DNA from: Acanthaster planci | Taxonomy: Eukaryota | Direction of reading: 5' to 3' | Length of the DNA: 64,000 nt | Assembly: GCF_001949145.1 (NCBI RefSeq) | Contig: NW_019091357.1 | Coordinates: 2,152,114-2,216,113 of the forward strand | Shown here: positions 1 through 13,520 of the stretch, piece by piece | Numbering within the stretch: position 1 is the stretch's first letter | Layout: each line of letters starts with the position of its first letter | Notes under the pieces: model-generated | Told to the model about the DNA's origin: nothing | Database searches by the model: none | What the model saw: the letters and a program-made list of their open reading frames with translations, nothing else | Position numbers and translations under genes: made by a program

Positions 1-290
1 TGGTTCTACCAGGCAGCAAGCTAACCTGTTGAGCCACTTGGGTCCCCCAACTACAAGTGTTCGTTTCATATATATAAAGATTACATTCGTAGTTAGAAAA
101 ATTTCCACTGCAGTGATGTGTGTCACAGAGGCTTCGCTTGAGAACAAATGTTTGTTTCATAGATACTCCTAAAAATGCATATCAACACTCTGGCAAAGTC
201 AGTGGGAATCTAACGAAGTGCACTGTGTCTAACATGTAGGTTAATGATGCCAAACAAGGAGTCCAATGCATACAAAACACCAACACTCAC

Positions 291-3076
291 TTTATTCATA
301 CAAGGGTGTCTCCTTAGGAAACCGAGTCCCGTCTCAATTCTTTTAATTTCTACATATCCATCCAAAATGGTGAGAAAATAAAAGTTAAAAAAAAAAAACG
401 AAAAAAGAAAACCAAAACCCAACCAAAGCCACGACCCTTGGGTTGACACACCATAATCCGTGTGATCCATTACATGTACACGGCTATTCTTTGTATCAAA
501 TTGCTCTGGTCAAATACTGTTCTCGTGTGAGGGCAATGTCTATGGGCTTGTCTTGTTTACGGTCGAGAATTGGAACATGTCTGTAACAAAAAAAAAAAGA
601 CACTCGGATAAAAAAAAAAAATCTGGATAGGCCGGTGACTTTTAAAAGTGAAGTCACTCCCATCTTATGATACGCTCCAAAAACTAGATTTGTGAAGAGG
701 TTTTCTAGCGCTGGGAGTGGTTGAGACTGGTTCCCTCCACACATTCCAGTAGAGAGATCAGGAACCAGTGTAAGACTTCACACCTTTGTACAGCTTTGGA
801 ATGGCTGAGGAGCTATCCAGGTCCTTTTTTTTAAAAACTTGCTAATCAGTCTTTAGAACAATTTAAAGTGTTTTACAAACTTTCTAAAAAATGCACTCCT
901 CGTATTTTTTACATTGCCTTGATTGTGCCTTGATTAAGCCCAGACTTTGAGAAGTCATTTTGTCCAATAATAAAATGTACCCGAGAATATGGTCATTGTC
1001 CTTCATCAAAAAACAAAGAAAAAATACATATTTGCCAACACGGAATACATTGTTATAGAGATTGCCTGCTACAAAAAATCACTTTTTAAACTAACTCTGG
1101 AAGACTTGCTAAGAAAAATAAAAATGGCTATGCAGCTTCGGCTTTTAAATTAAGTATAGCGCTAATCACAGCATTGTTTAGGTGAAGAAACATATCGACC
1201 AGCTTGTCTGACCTTTGGCACTGGAAATACTGAGTGACATGCAGGTGCAAAGTCAGCAATATGAGCAAGATGCAAACTCTTGAAATCAGTTAACAGAGTC
1301 AAATACTCGACACCTGTGTTTATATCTTATCAACGTTACCATTTATCCTAAAGAAACCTTACCCTAAGCCAAGGACGATTATTCAATGACACGCTTGCTT
1401 AAAACTTGAGTATGCCTGATGCTTGGTAAGGGCCCCAAATGCCCAAATCAGCCCCAAATGTTGCCGCCAAAATATACAAGATCCCCCACTCCCCGTGAGT
1501 AATAGACAGGCAGCCTACGGCTCAGAATATTTCACGTGACTAGGGACATTTCCTAAGGCTGTCTATGATGTACCTTTTCTCCAACGAAACGAAGATCAAA
1601 CTTGGTTCAACTTGTGTCTGAAAAGACTATCCCCCTATTACACCGACTGACAAATGGCGCTGAACTGGAGATTTGGCTTTGAAGGTCAGTAACACTAGGT
1701 CAACTGCCACGATGATTTGACAAATTCCAAGCCACAAAAAGATGAAATGGGCTTAACAGCCAGTCAAGTGACTTTTAAAAGGATGTAGCAGCTATTCCAG
1801 CTCGCGTAAATCAGACGTTTTCAGACTGCCTTTTTAAAGATTCCGTGACTGTCCTTTTCTCTGAATATATGTATCCTTAAAAGGGGGAGGGAAATCAGGA
1901 TGCAGGCGGATAAACAGAAGCCTGACAGAATGTATGAATACTGAAAAAGCCAAACCCTACACTTTGAAAGGTCTTTGAGGATTATATCTTCCACCTACAA
2001 TGCACAATTTTAATCGACAGTCATCCAACATTGTTAAAAAATCTACGCTACACTCCACACGTCACCACTGTTAAAAAAACCGGAAATTCAGCGTACGTGA
2101 TCAACTAGAGACAGCATGAATTTGCTTCAAAGATTACTTCTCAAAGACTTTACAAACACGAAAAAGGTCTTCTGCTAGTATGTTACACTGAAAACCATTC
2201 TCTAAGATCCTTGCTGTCATTAAATTCTCATTACATGCATAAAAAGGAGTACATACAGCTTGTATACATGTAGATATTAAAAAAGGCAATACTTAAATAG
2301 AGCATGTAACCTGTGATTCAGTGGGGAGAATTTAGTTTGTTTTTCTGCATTTTTTTTTCCCCAATTTTTCTTTAATCTTTAGGTTACTGAGAGAAAATGA
2401 AAGACGAGTCAAGTGTTGCAGTGTTGTTGAACAAATGTCGGATCTCCTAACGACGCATCCCTCATTCTAAAACTCTGACCACCACAATCAACCCTAGACG
2501 GGGAAAGGCCAGTTTTTGTGTGTGTTTACAGCTGCTTGTCTTTATGTTCTCGAGTCACTTTTTCAACAGCAAATTCTGCTGCTGAAATCCCTGTTTAAAC
2601 ATCTTCAGCCTATTAAAAATGTCAACAGGGTCCCTGTACCATCATGAACTACAATGGTATACTGCCTATGCCAGTCGGGGCACCATACCAAGATGGCTGC
2701 TGGTGGTTACTTATGCTATTCTTTTTGCAAGCAACATTATTATTCAACTTTCTGCGCAGATTCCAAGCCTCACATTACAGATTTACATTGCATTGTGGTT
2801 AATGCGGTTTTCGGTCAAAATGCAAGTTTTGATCGCCAAACATAGCTCTGTGTATGGTCTTAATGCAACAACTTATGTCGTGAGCTCAGACCTGTAAATT
2901 AAGTGACCTTTTTGGGCCATGTGTAACTGGAAAACTTCACCAAGTCATGTGATGGGTCACAGGTCATGCCATGAAGAATAAGTAGCTTCCTCAGTAAATC
3001 CACAGCTGGGGTTAAAATTACACTATTGTACAGTCTGTACATGCGGCTGGAGAGAAGACTAGTCCAAGAGCTGATG
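291..3076 (-). other. Probable long PHACTR 3' UTR with AATAAA at 291-296 (minus strand)
   Basis: Follows the stop codon, U-rich on the minus strand, tttatt on the plus strand at 291-296; the true end may lie outside the window. Confidence 0.5.
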
Positions 3077-3092
3077 TCAAGGTCTGTGGAAC
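3077..3092 (-). CDS. PHACTR: PHACTR terminal coding exon (R)FHRP*
   Basis: Minus strand cgcag|G TTC CAC AGA CCT TGA; phase 2 matches the previous exon; RFHRP* is the PHACTR family C-terminus. Confidence 0.93.
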
Positions 3093-3663
3093 CTGCGTAA
3101 GAAAGCAGAGGTTTGGTATTAAAAAACTGGGTAAAGCAGACAGGAGTTGAGCCTACCCTCTCAGGAATGCCACATCAATTGCTCAAACCGAACCTATTAG
3201 TCCTTTGTTGGCCATCTCTAAAGCATTCAAAGGCTCCCTTTATTTCCACTACCTGAGGTTTTCCTTTGAATATTTGCCAAGAGCCATCAACTGCAACTGG
3301 ATCTGAACCAGAGACATACGGAGTGCCAGACTGCTGCTCCACCACCTCATCCATTCTGCACAGTTGCTTCCTGACTGTCCAAAACCTTCCTTCCATGCAC
3401 TACCTCTTCCCCTGCATGTCTGCCCACAGAAACTGACTGGAGTGGAATTCAAACCTGTAACCTTCCAAACACTGGCCAGGTGTTCTACCACCCGAAATAC
3501 TCAGCCAACTGTTGGCTTGCCGCCAATTTTGTTCAAAGGCACTCGTCAACTTCAGCATCTCTCAACAGGTTTCATGGGTGTATCTGAAGCCAACAAAGGG
3601 ATCTCCACTCCCTCAAGGAGGGTTTTTTTGGTTATGATCAATCTCTCTGATGTGCGCCCTCAC

Positions 3664-3740
3664 CTGGTGTACTTCTTGCTGTCTTCATGGACGTCCATCT
3701 CTTCGCTCTTGTAATCATTCAGCTCCTTACGTATTGATGC
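3664..3740 (-). CDS. PHACTR: PHACTR exon, PP1-binding C-terminal helix ASIRKELNDYKSEEMDVHEDSKKYTR
   Basis: cag|...|gtgagg borders, phase 0 to 2; matches the PHACTR AAIRKELNEFKSxEMEVH motif. Confidence 0.95.
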
Positions 3741-4428
3741 CTGAGGTGGCGGGGTGGAAAAAACATCATTGTCTCCCTGTGAAACTTTACACTTCACAGA
3801 ACAATGCACGATGCCAAAAGTGAGTCCAACAAAACGAGGCTTACAGGCCAATTTATTTCTTCACTCAGTTGTTTTTGATAAGCATTGGAGAGAAGACACC
3901 CAGCTCTTTGCTCTGATGCATTGATACATTCCTCGATTTGACATTCTTATGGGCATGGATAAAGAGTGGGTGAAAACACCAGAGTTCGTGCTGATTAAAG
4001 TTGCAGATCAATTAAGTTGTTGAAGGGCCGATAAGTGGGAGGTGGATTAAGTAACCTATGGCTAGATTCCTTGGATTTGGTCATGGATACAGACGTCTGT
4101 CTTCCCTAGTGAACAAGTACCATCGACTAATAAGTCCCATGTAGCGAGTTTCGCATTTGCCAATTGTCGCTAAACACAGCATGTGCAGTTTTCTACACTG
4201 AAAAGGCATTGCATGCAGTGAAATCTTTGCCCACTCTAAATTAATCCCAACAAACGATCCCTTACAAACTCATGGGTCACCCTTAGCTTACTGCCCAAGC
4301 AGAGTCCTAGAGGGAAAACTCAAAGGCTGCCGTTTGATAAAACTCAAAGAGCACGCACAGCTTCCTGCTTCTTTTATAACCGAAGTAAGTTGGGGCTTTC
4401 TGGTTTTTTTTTTTGTTTTCTTGTTTAC

Positions 4429-4566
4429 CTTGTCCTGCGGCGTGAGTTTTGTCCAGGGTTTGTCGGCCTTCCGGTCGTAGTCAAATGCCTCCATCACCTC
4501 CACGTACTCATTGAATTTGATAATATTGCGCTGGCGCAACTCCTCAACGGTTGGACGGAAACTCAG
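4429..4566 (-). CDS. PHACTR: PHACTR exon: last RPEL plus PP1-docking string ([24 protein letters not shown]...[17 protein letters not shown])
   Basis: 138 nt, phase 0 to 0, canonical splice sites; RPEL motif, RVxF-like IKF and YDRxADKPW are diagnostic. Confidence 0.96.
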
Positions 4567-4820
4567 CTGCAAAGAAAAGTTAAAGCAAAGTGTGGGTGAT
4601 GTCGCCAGCATATTTATTTTCCCACATGTAAACCCCTATATCATCCCGAGTCTTAAAAAAAAAATAACTTTGGCCTAAGTAAAACTTCGGAGTGGTATTC
4701 ACAAGTCGATCACATGACCAATCAAAAATTATGCTTGAAATTCAGATAAAACCACACAACTAGCATCGGATGTTTCGGGAGGCAGCGTCTGATGCCTGTT
4801 GCCATGGTGACAGGACTGAC

Positions 4821-4885
4821 CTTTCTGACTAGAATCCTCTTTCTCTCTTCCTTTTGTTCCTTCTCAGTCAGGCCCGAGGACTGAG
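4821..4885 (-). CDS. PHACTR: PHACTR exon (A)QSSGLTEKEQKEERKRILVRK
   Basis: 65 nt, phase 1 to 0, cag|...|gtcagt; inter-RPEL helix. Confidence 0.88.
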
Positions 4886-5376
4886 CTGCGGGGAAAATAA
4901 GGGGGGGGAGAATAAAACATGAGAAAGACAAACATTAGCAATGAATGCGAGACAAAATGGTGAACAGTTGAGCAGATCTTCTGGGGAGAGTTACCTGTAA
5001 GTGCGTTTTGTTGTTCAATAATTTGTTTTTCACATGCATCAGAAGGACTTAATTTGCCTGGTAAACCCCAACAATGCCTGGTAAATACAGGCGTGACACA
5101 AGCCAGGACCGCCACTCCCCTTTGATTGGCACTGTGCAGGATGTGTTTTTCTTGTAAAGGCCTGTGACTCAAAAGTAGTTGTGGCGACACAAGACTGATT
5201 TCGTTGGGTTGGTTCACAAATGGTGCACGGTCCTCCGCAGGACGGCCTTCTTCGCGAGATGGCTACTTTGGGATGTTCAATCCCTCCCCCCGGTCCAACA
5301 CTTCACGGCATGTTTTCGGCACCTGTGATTTTCAGGGTAAGTTTCTTGATTCACATCTATGCTGCAGGATCCTTAC

Positions 5377-5432
5377 CTTTGTATATATTTCTCTGCTCCA
5401 GTTCTTCCTGCGTGGGCCTTTGGCTGAGACGC
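5377..5432 (-). CDS. PHACTR: PHACTR exon, RPEL repeat RLSQRPTQEELEQRNIYK
   Basis: 56 nt, phase 2 to 1, tttcag|...|gtaagg; canonical RPEL (RPxxEEL). Confidence 0.95.
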
Positions 5433-6045
5433 CTGAAAAACAAATGAGAAAAACCAAACGGAAATGATCAGTCCGAATCGAAGACAAAATAAGCTTCCTC
5501 GGTGGCTGTGTGCATGCACTCACGAGGGTGCTCTACAACCCACTGCCACATTGCCTGTTGAGGGTGTGTAGTCTGACCACTGGCTTATTGCTTTTTAACA
5601 ATGCATAAATGTAATACAGTCTGACTCAAACAACCCCAGTGCAAGAGTTTTGTAACATCTCATTGTCTTTTACACGTTGACGTTAGCTAAAAACCCTCAC
5701 AGCATTCACAGTTGACAAGGTCTCCTTCAACTGTTTTTTTCACGTGAATGGTTCACTCCGTCCTGATAAACGAAATCTACTTCTGATAACCGGCGGTGCA
5801 CCCATGCCCCAGAGCCTGGCTCCGGATTGTCGACTATGTGGTCCAAACCATCCACTCTTTGGGCAATGCTGATTGACCAACTGTTTGCTTTAAATCATTG
5901 CTCAAACTTGCTTCTTTATGCTGAGATCATAGGCTATGCAGAATGACAAAAATCCAAACTAACGGTGGAAAAATAAAAGTGTGGATTTATTTCCCAAGAG
6001 AAAGGTTTTTCGGGTCGGTGTGGGTTCTTCTTCCGTCATCCTTAC

Positions 6046-6202
6046 CGGACGAGCTTGGTGCCGATGGCATTCATCAACTCCTTCTTCTCATTGTCAGTCT
6101 TCTGAGGCAGGATGTTTCTCGCCTGCAACGCCTCGCGGGTGGGCCGGTTACGCAGATGGAAGGCCAGACTGTCGTTGCGCTTGACCCTGGCCACCAGACT
6201 CG
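6046..6202 (-). CDS. PHACTR: PHACTR exon, RPEL repeat SLVARVKRNDSLAFHLRNRPTREALQARNILP...IGTKLVR
   Basis: 157 nt, phase 1 to 2, cag|...|gtaagg; matches the PHACTR RKDSLAIKLSNRP...IGTKLTR segment. Confidence 0.95.
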
Positions 6203-6833
6203 CTGTTGGGAGGGAAACAAGGTGGTCAACGGTCCAGAGGCTAGACTAAGGAGTGTTTTAAGAAATGGGGAGAGGGGTGATCATGGCTTGAAAGAAAGTA
6301 TGGGATGTTGGGCGCTTGTGAGACAGTGAAAAGCGGGGTTTCATGTGACGACGCGTGTCCACGCTTCAACTACTCTTGGCAGGTTTCTATTGATAAAGGT
6401 CTTACTTAAGAATTCAAACAGGGATTGAGGGGTAAGCATTCACGTTTGCTAAAAGTTGTCTTTCTTGTGCTTTCTCTTTATGCACTTTCATCTTTTTAAA
6501 TTAAGGTGGGACTGGTGACCTCATGGGGTGCCACGGAATGCTACATCTGGGGTACACTATTGTGTTTTAAAGTTGTGTTATGAGCCTCACTAAAGAACTA
6601 GGTTTGGAGACCATGATGATTCAGGGTTCTTTTTTATGCTCCAAAATTTGTCTGCAGGAGAGCATCCATCTTCTTTTTTGATTGGGTTAAAAATAGTAAC
6701 TGAAAAAGTTTGGCTACTACGTACCTCCAACACTCGCGCTCGTTGTCTGCAGCGCTTATCTCGAGACAAAAATCGTTAAGTCTTAATGCATGCATGCGCA
6801 GTTGGAACAGTGCAACTGGCCTATGCTACTCAC

Positions 6834-7006
6834 TGTTATAATCGTCATCCGAGTCGCTGTCTTCGTGAGCGTTCTCTTTGTTGTCGTAGTCGCTGAGGCT
6901 GTCCTCGTCCGAATCATTGGCATGGTTGATGTCGCCGTTGCACTGACCGGCCACGGGGGTCGGATCGCGGGCGTCACCGTCGGCATCAGGTATGTTCCGT
7001 GCGTGG
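6834..7006 (-). CDS. PHACTR: PHACTR exon, acidic segment (...DSDEDSLSDYDNKENAHEDSDSDDDYN)
   Basis: 173 nt, phase 2 to 1, aacag|...|gtgagt; acidic tract with NKEN preceding the RPEL block. Confidence 0.88.
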
Positions 7007-7139
7007 CTGTTAAAATAAATGGAAGCACCCCAAAATAGTTGGCCAGGTGAAAAAACACCTGTTTGACATGGGAACGAACTCAGACTAAGAAGCCACAATG
7101 TAACTAGAGTCATAGTATCAAAATCAAGTAAAAAACTAG

Positions 7140-7300
7140 GAGAAAATTTATAGATTTGCTCTTCACTGCATATCAGAGATGAAAGCTTGATATTTCTGCG
7201 GGCTTGTAAGTACAAAAAAATTTCAGTGTCTGCTTGGGCGGGATTTGAACCCATGACCTGTAATTCCTAGTGCTAGCATTGCATCAGCATTGCTTGCAAT
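7140..7300 (-). mobile_element. Degenerate tRNA-derived SINE-like fragment
   Basis: Pol III B-box GGTTCAAATCC at 7241-7251 (minus strand); no intact cloverleaf; boundaries approximate. Confidence 0.4.
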
Positions 7301-7312
7301 ACCCCACCTCAC

Positions 7313-7403
7313 CTGCCAAAGCCAACAGCTCTAGGTACTTGTTGACCTCTGTCATGCGGTGCAAAGCCGACACTGTGACCGGTATGGTTGACCGCTGGGG
7401 AAC
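7313..7403 (-). CDS. PHACTR: PHACTR linker exon (G)SPAVNHTGHSVGFAPHDRGQQVPRAVGFG(S)
   Basis: 91 nt, phase 1 to 2; exactly bridges the phases of the flanking exons; donor gtgagg. Confidence 0.75.
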
Positions 7404-7574
7404 CTGGCGGGCCAACAAAAGAGTGGGATTTTCCAGTGAAACAAACACAGACTGGCTAAAGTTGGATGCGAATCGAGGAACCTTTTGGATAGTATGCTAG
7501 CGCTTTGGCTACCCATCCCTGCTGCCGGCGGTCTATGCCCTGTTTGAAGGTGGACATGAAGGCAAATATCTTAC

Positions 7575-7850
7575 CTGCGACCTGTACGTCAGCTGCAATT
7601 CCCACTCCGCCGATTCGTACCCCCTGCTTGGGTGGGACAGCCGGTGACACACTCTTCTTTGGGGGTAAGGCCGGACTGACCCTCCCAGTCTTCTCGGGCA
7701 GGGGCGGGGATATGCCACCGGGGGAAGTCAGAGTGGCCGGGGCTGCGTCAGGCACCGGCTCGGCAGTGACAGAGGGCACATCGGGGTCCGTGCTGTTGAT
7801 CTCCACCTGGGTGACTTCAGGTGAACCGACGGCTGGTTGGTCCGTCATCT
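7575..7850 (-). CDS. PHACTR: PHACTR proline-rich exon (PPLPEK, PALPPK, PAVPPK)
   Basis: 276 nt, phase 1 to 1, acag|...|gtaaga; GC-rich open frame with PxxPxK motifs. Confidence 0.85.
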
Positions 7851-8483
7851 CTGTACATGTCGACAAAGGGAGGGAGGGGAACAGACACATGTACGTGATC
7901 AGATCCAACGAAACAAAACTCAAAGTTCTTCTTCTCAGTAATTTTGTTTTAGTTCGCGTCAGGAAGAGTAAACTGCATGGCTCAGTTTGGTGCCTTCATG
8001 AAAATGGCCTGGTGGATGGTTCTTGTCGATTTACATTGTGCAAAATTGTCATAGCAGCTCATTTATCACAAGTGACTACAGCAACTTTTGATTCATTTTG
8101 TTAGATTGGGTAGCATATGTCTGATTGACACTGCATTATAACTCCCTAAATCATTCTGGCTAGGAACCTTCCTGACTCTTTCCTAAATTCTCAGCCGTGC
8201 AGGAAACCAATGGCACATACTTTCTCCTTCTGCTTTGAAGGGGAATCAAACCCCAGGGGAAGTAATCATTGCAAATGGGCTCGACTTTCCTCAAAATCCT
8301 CCAAAGCTCCAGCTGGATTTTGAAGGATTAAATAGTGGCAATGACAAACACTGGTAATGACAAACATTAGCAATGACCAACATTGGCAATGACACTTCAA
8401 TTCTTCGGTGAAAACCAGTTTTTCTTTTTCCCGAAGCAGAAAAACATTTACTTGTACACGAAGACAAAGTGAAACATATTTCC

Positions 8484-9062
8484 TAAACCACTTGCCTCTG
8501 GGGTTCCCGGTACCTTGGGTTTGTACGCATAGCCGGGGTGCACGAAATTGGACAAAGGAGCTGGGCCTTGCAACAAAAGACTGTACTCCGAACAAAAGAC
8601 GGAGCTGCTGGGAATCGCCAACAATTTTGAGCTGGCATTAGCGGAGGTAATCTGTCATTGTTTGAAACAGTAAACCACTGTTTGTGGCATTCAGCACCGG
8701 CAGATTATCAGCGGGGGCAAAAGTGCTCCAGCGACGAGTGATACAGCACCACTGCATGTTAATCTGGCCACACTTGAAAAGACACCACTGCCATTCAGCA
8801 ACACACAGGGCCAATTTTGGGAGCAGAGGAAATTACGCAACACTGCAAAACTGGGCTCTCTATACTGGGCGGCAGGCGTGGCTGCAATACTTGGGCATGA
8901 TGGTCAGATTAGAGTAGCCACCAGACAGTCATTTGTGTGGGTGTAAACGTCCAGTAAATGAAGTTCTAAATTTTTGAAGCATTTTGAAAACAGAAAATCT
9001 TAAAAATCGCCAGGGGGAAGTCGTACTGCATATGCAAATTCCACCGGGCAGGAAGTGGTTAA
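8484..9062. mobile_element. Possible piggyBac-like non-autonomous element
   Basis: Ends TAAA-CCACTT ... AAGTGG-TTAA (short TIR, one degenerate TTAA). Confidence 0.4.
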
Positions 9063-9438
9063 AATGTACAGTTCCATCACAAACTCGACTTTCACTTCAA
9101 ACAAAACAGATTTTTGGTGAACAGTTTTAGATTTCATTCAACACTAGTTATGATCTCTTCTACTTAACATACATGTCAAGGTATCATATTCAATTGACAA
9201 AATCAAATACTCCCTATTACAGCTTCCTCGAGGTCTACATGTACCATCAAGCAACCTTGAATTGTCAATTCTAATTGGTCGATCCATGGCAACAAACAGT
9301 GTGATATATACATGTAACTCTACTGCACGGTTCATATCAAACTGCGTGTAATGCGCTATTCTAACGCATTGCGCTATATTTACGCTAAAAGCCTCCTGGT
9401 ATACATTATTCTGTGTTCCACTTGCATTCCTGTGATAA

Positions 9439-9628
9439 TTAACCCCTTCACGGCGGGATTATTTTGACCCCTGACTGCTGAGCTGTGGTATGCCCTGAAT
9501 GAAGGGCTTTGTCCAGCAGCAGGCCCCATTGAACCAGCAGCTGCATGGTGAATAGACTGTATGTGTGGTATGCACTAATGCTCACACAATGGTGCGGTAG
9601 TAGCAGTCCTCCGTAGCAAAGGGGTTAA
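9439..9628. mobile_element. piggyBac-like MITE (TTAA target duplication), family A copy 1
   Basis: TTAA-CCCCTT ... AAGGGG-TTAA; an inverted second copy lies at 50928-51142. Confidence 0.85.
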
Positions 9629-11207
9629 TAATGTTTACAGTTTTATTAGCAAACTACCGGTATGGATGCAAGTGTACACAGGCTCTCTGCGTCTTCAACT
9701 CATTGAGTAACGCTACAGCCATCGTCACAAACAGCTTGTGCTTTTAATAAGGATTAAAGATCGGGGAATACAGATCCGTTGACGGCGATAAAGAAAACTC
9801 GACAAAGGCACGTTCAAATGTACTGGTACCTGTTCCTGTGTGCCTCCTTCAACTAGTCTTGCCGCTGAAGATAGGAGCAGAATTGAAAGAACGGGCCCCT
9901 CCAGCGGAGAGGAGAGAAACAGGGAAACGGGTCGTGCCTTTCCTCGACAAGGAAGATGACGATCTATCTAAGATGGGTCGCGGCAGCTCGATGCTATCGC
10001 TGGGAGGAACTGTCAGGTTGTGGTTGGTCTCCACTCACCGGGGGACAACTTTTGCTCTCATTTCCTTCCGCCTGACCACAGAGGCATCCAATCAAACAGC
10101 CAGCCCTGTTGACGCACTCCAGATAACATCCAATCAAACTAGTTGTCCCCCCCCCCACTTTCTGAGATCTAGGATCTCCGGGATCACAGGATTAACTGTT
10201 TATTTTCAGCGAGTCGGTCGACCCATGCTAGATACTTGTAACTTCTCCGGAGCTCGTGTCATATCATTCTGGACTTTGTTCAGATACGTCATCGCCTCGG
10301 GCAAGAAAAAGAAGAAAAAAAGGAGCGACAACGAGCACTCGATTTGATCTTAAAGCGTCAGCTGCCTCGTTGGAGATCAGCAATACGGTGTCAGCTTCTG
10401 TAGGGATTTGGGCTCAAAGCCAAAGCCTTAGATGCGATGGTTCTCAGAAAGAGGGCGGGAAACCTTTGCAGTATGATCCGACCCCATGGGAAATAGACGT
10501 TGGATTGAGCACACCCTACGGTGTTAGCAGCATGGTTCAAATTTGTTGGGGAAAATAAATTCTTTTGAGGGGCCCTTTTGTGGCGTTTTTTCTACACGTA
10601 CACGTAGGTGCTCGTCTTTGTTGTTCAACTGGCAATTCATATTTTTCATAGATTTTAAAACTTTGGATATACTTTACTTTTTGAGGGAAAAACTATACCA
10701 ATGATGCGGTATACATACATACATACAAGGAAACTGTGACCAGGAAAAGTGAAAACAAGCAGGCAAGCCTTTCACCGACAAACGCCAACAGGAAACAGCC
10801 ACTGAAAAAGTCTCCGATTAATAACAAGAAAAGAGCAACATTTGGCACATCCAATATCGCACGAGCGGGAACTATCATCGTAATTGAAACATAACTCTCC
10901 ATATCCGCACAGCCATTCACACACTCGGTAAATGGCATTGTTTACTGTGCGGACACACAATGCTAGAGAAGGACCAAACACCTGGACTACCACCAATGAG
11001 CACTGTACTACATGTATGAGCACACCGGCTCAACATCACCAGGACTGCATAAGGAGTCCAAAACAAATAGAACCAGCGACCGAAGAGTGCCCGACTACCC
11101 CCATATGACTGCTCACTGCATGTACACCTGTATTTAAAAGCGGAGACTACAAGTACACATATACATGTACAAATTTGACACCAATCTCGAGCATTTGGAT
11201 TGTTATA

Positions 11208-11528
11208 TTAACCCTAACAGTTCTGCATAAAATTTGGCTTGCAGTACTCAGTACTATAAAATACTAAGCAGTAGTCTGAGCCTGGAGGACCTAGCACTAC
11301 AAATGACTACTTCTGGCTAGGTCACCCTCCATTGCCACTGGTACGGAGAACGATAAAGCCATGCATTCATACCAGTAGTGCCACAGCACTGTATGGTACA
11401 TTGTCTTATCTATTGTATTTTATGGCTTCAGAGAACAATACGGTCATGTCCTCTTACAAGCGGCAGCGCTGAATACTACATTTTACTACTAAGTAGTACT
11501 TTGTAGTATTTAGGGCTGTTAGGGTTAA
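11208..11528. mobile_element. piggyBac-like MITE (TTAA target duplication), family B
   Basis: TTAA-CCCTAACAG ... CTGTTAGGG-TTAA. Confidence 0.8.
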
Positions 11529-13445
11529 ACTGTGCCACCGCTGCAGGGGAAAAAGTACATGCATCCCCGTGTTTGAAAGGGGTAGAATTAATATGAAAGT
11601 ACACAGAGCACGGATGAGCATGCATACTGTTCATCAATGAAATACCACAGCTGACAAACTGCCTAATTGCCCAAAGTGTAAATGTGCATTTATACGAGCA
11701 CCTGGTAGGCTTGAGTTATTGTAACCATGGCTGGAGATGGAATTAACAGGTCTGGGCAAATGGTGTTCCGTAAATGCGCCGGTGATAAACGCTAGACAGA
11801 ACTGGAGCTGGGAAATTGGCAATTTGCAGGGCAGTATGACACGGTAGCTGTTACAGTTTAGGCTGACTCATAAACTCGCAGAAGTTCAGTTTAACAATCC
11901 CTCCCGCCCAAACAAAAAAAAAAAAAAAAAAAAGAGAGAAAGGGGCTCGGGGAAAACTTGGCATGTTTTCCTACATCTTTTTTCCTCCACAGCTGTCCGA
12001 GTGACGGTTCCACTGAAGGCAAATGTTTCCACTGTTTTTTTCAGACCTGTCCCCATTTTGCACAAGAGTTACGTGTATGTGTGCCGCAAGGGAACTTACA
12101 GGTAGTATACGGCTGAAGTACTCCAAAAGGTCAGTCATTGAGAGAGAAACCCTGACCACTGAAGTAGCAAATTTTTTTTTTACACCTGTCAGTCTGTCAC
12201 CATCAATGACAGGACAGTGGCTTCAGACTACACCTGGTCATTTATTTCAAGGTACAGGTACTGTAGATGTATATGTGTTGTGTTCTATTCGTCTACCGGT
12301 ATGAACACCCACGCAGTCTACAGAAGTAGAGCGTCGCGCCTCCGGGCATTGTGTACGACAGACGGCAACAGGCTACAACCACTTTGCAGATGGTGAGGCA
12401 GGCCCGTACCGACAAATCCATCAACGTCCGACTAATTCCCAACCCCCGACCGGAGAATATAACTCCTCTCGCGCAAAGAGCCCCCCGCTTTACCAAGTAA
12501 ACTCTTGCTATTTCGCATTGATTCAGTGGGACAGGCAGAGCAGAAATTCTCTGCTGCTTTCCACGACAGGCCGGCCAGGATTAATGGTGACCCCGTGGGA
12601 CATACAGTAGCACAGGGGGGGGGTTTGTCAGGAGGCTGGGGCAAGAGTTACTGCGGTTCAATTTGAAGACTCAATTACGTCCCAGTGATGAATGTGCGTC
12701 AACTCGCAACTCAATATTGTAACAGTTATCATCCAATTTTGACCTCTTCGGGGAAACGAACTTTGCGGCAGTGTTTCCTCTCATTTTTTGGCAAAAGCAG
12801 CCAAACGTTAACCAAAAAAGTCGAGTCACTTGGGAACACTTTCCATTACGCTTTGAAAGGTTTAGCTCTACGCCAGCAGGCAAGGGGTAAAAAAAAAAAG
12901 TGAGTCCGTGCAATCAAACAGAAGTACCTGATTTTGTTAAGATCCCTCTATGGCCTTCGGGCAATTTCTGCAATTAAATACGGCCCACTGAACTAAGAAG
13001 AAATAATCAACAGCCAAATCGACTATTAAATAACAAAAAATCAACCAGTAGGATTTAATGGTTTTGTGAGATGGAGGAAGGTACGACCCAGCCCAAATTA
13101 TTGCTGCAATGAAGCATGATGTTCCTCGATGCATGATTACAAAGAATGTGCCACTGGTTTCCTCCACAGTGAAGGATTTGGGAGGATTCAGGAAGGTTTC
13201 TTGCAAGAAATTTCAAGAGGAAGGGTTAAACTTGAGAGTATTCTACGTTTCAATTCAGCTTCAAAGAACACAACTCTACTAAACAAGATATCAACCAAGC
13301 TCAGATTGGATATTCCGATATACAGAATTCGTAATCAGTTTCATTGGTTGAAACGTGTCATACACGGGAGAACGTCCCGCTTGCAAATTCTGGATGGGCA
13401 GAATTTGGTTCTTTGGTTCCTTTTTGTTTCAATTTTGGCTTGTAC

Positions 13446-13520
13446 CTGATGTTGGAACACATTCTGGTCCTCCTGAGGTATCTGATGAATAAGCAGCCTC
13501 TGGATTTGTTGCTGTCGCAT
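13446..13520 (-). CDS. PHACTR: Candidate PHACTR cassette exon ATATNPEAAYSSDTSGGPECVPTS
   Basis: 75 nt, phase 1 to 1, strong acceptor ttttgtttccttttag and donor G|gtacaa; no stop; no homology support. Confidence 0.5.

Noticed and set aside
7505..8104. 199-aa plus-strand ORF
   Set aside because: Antisense shadow of the GC-rich PHACTR proline-rich exon.
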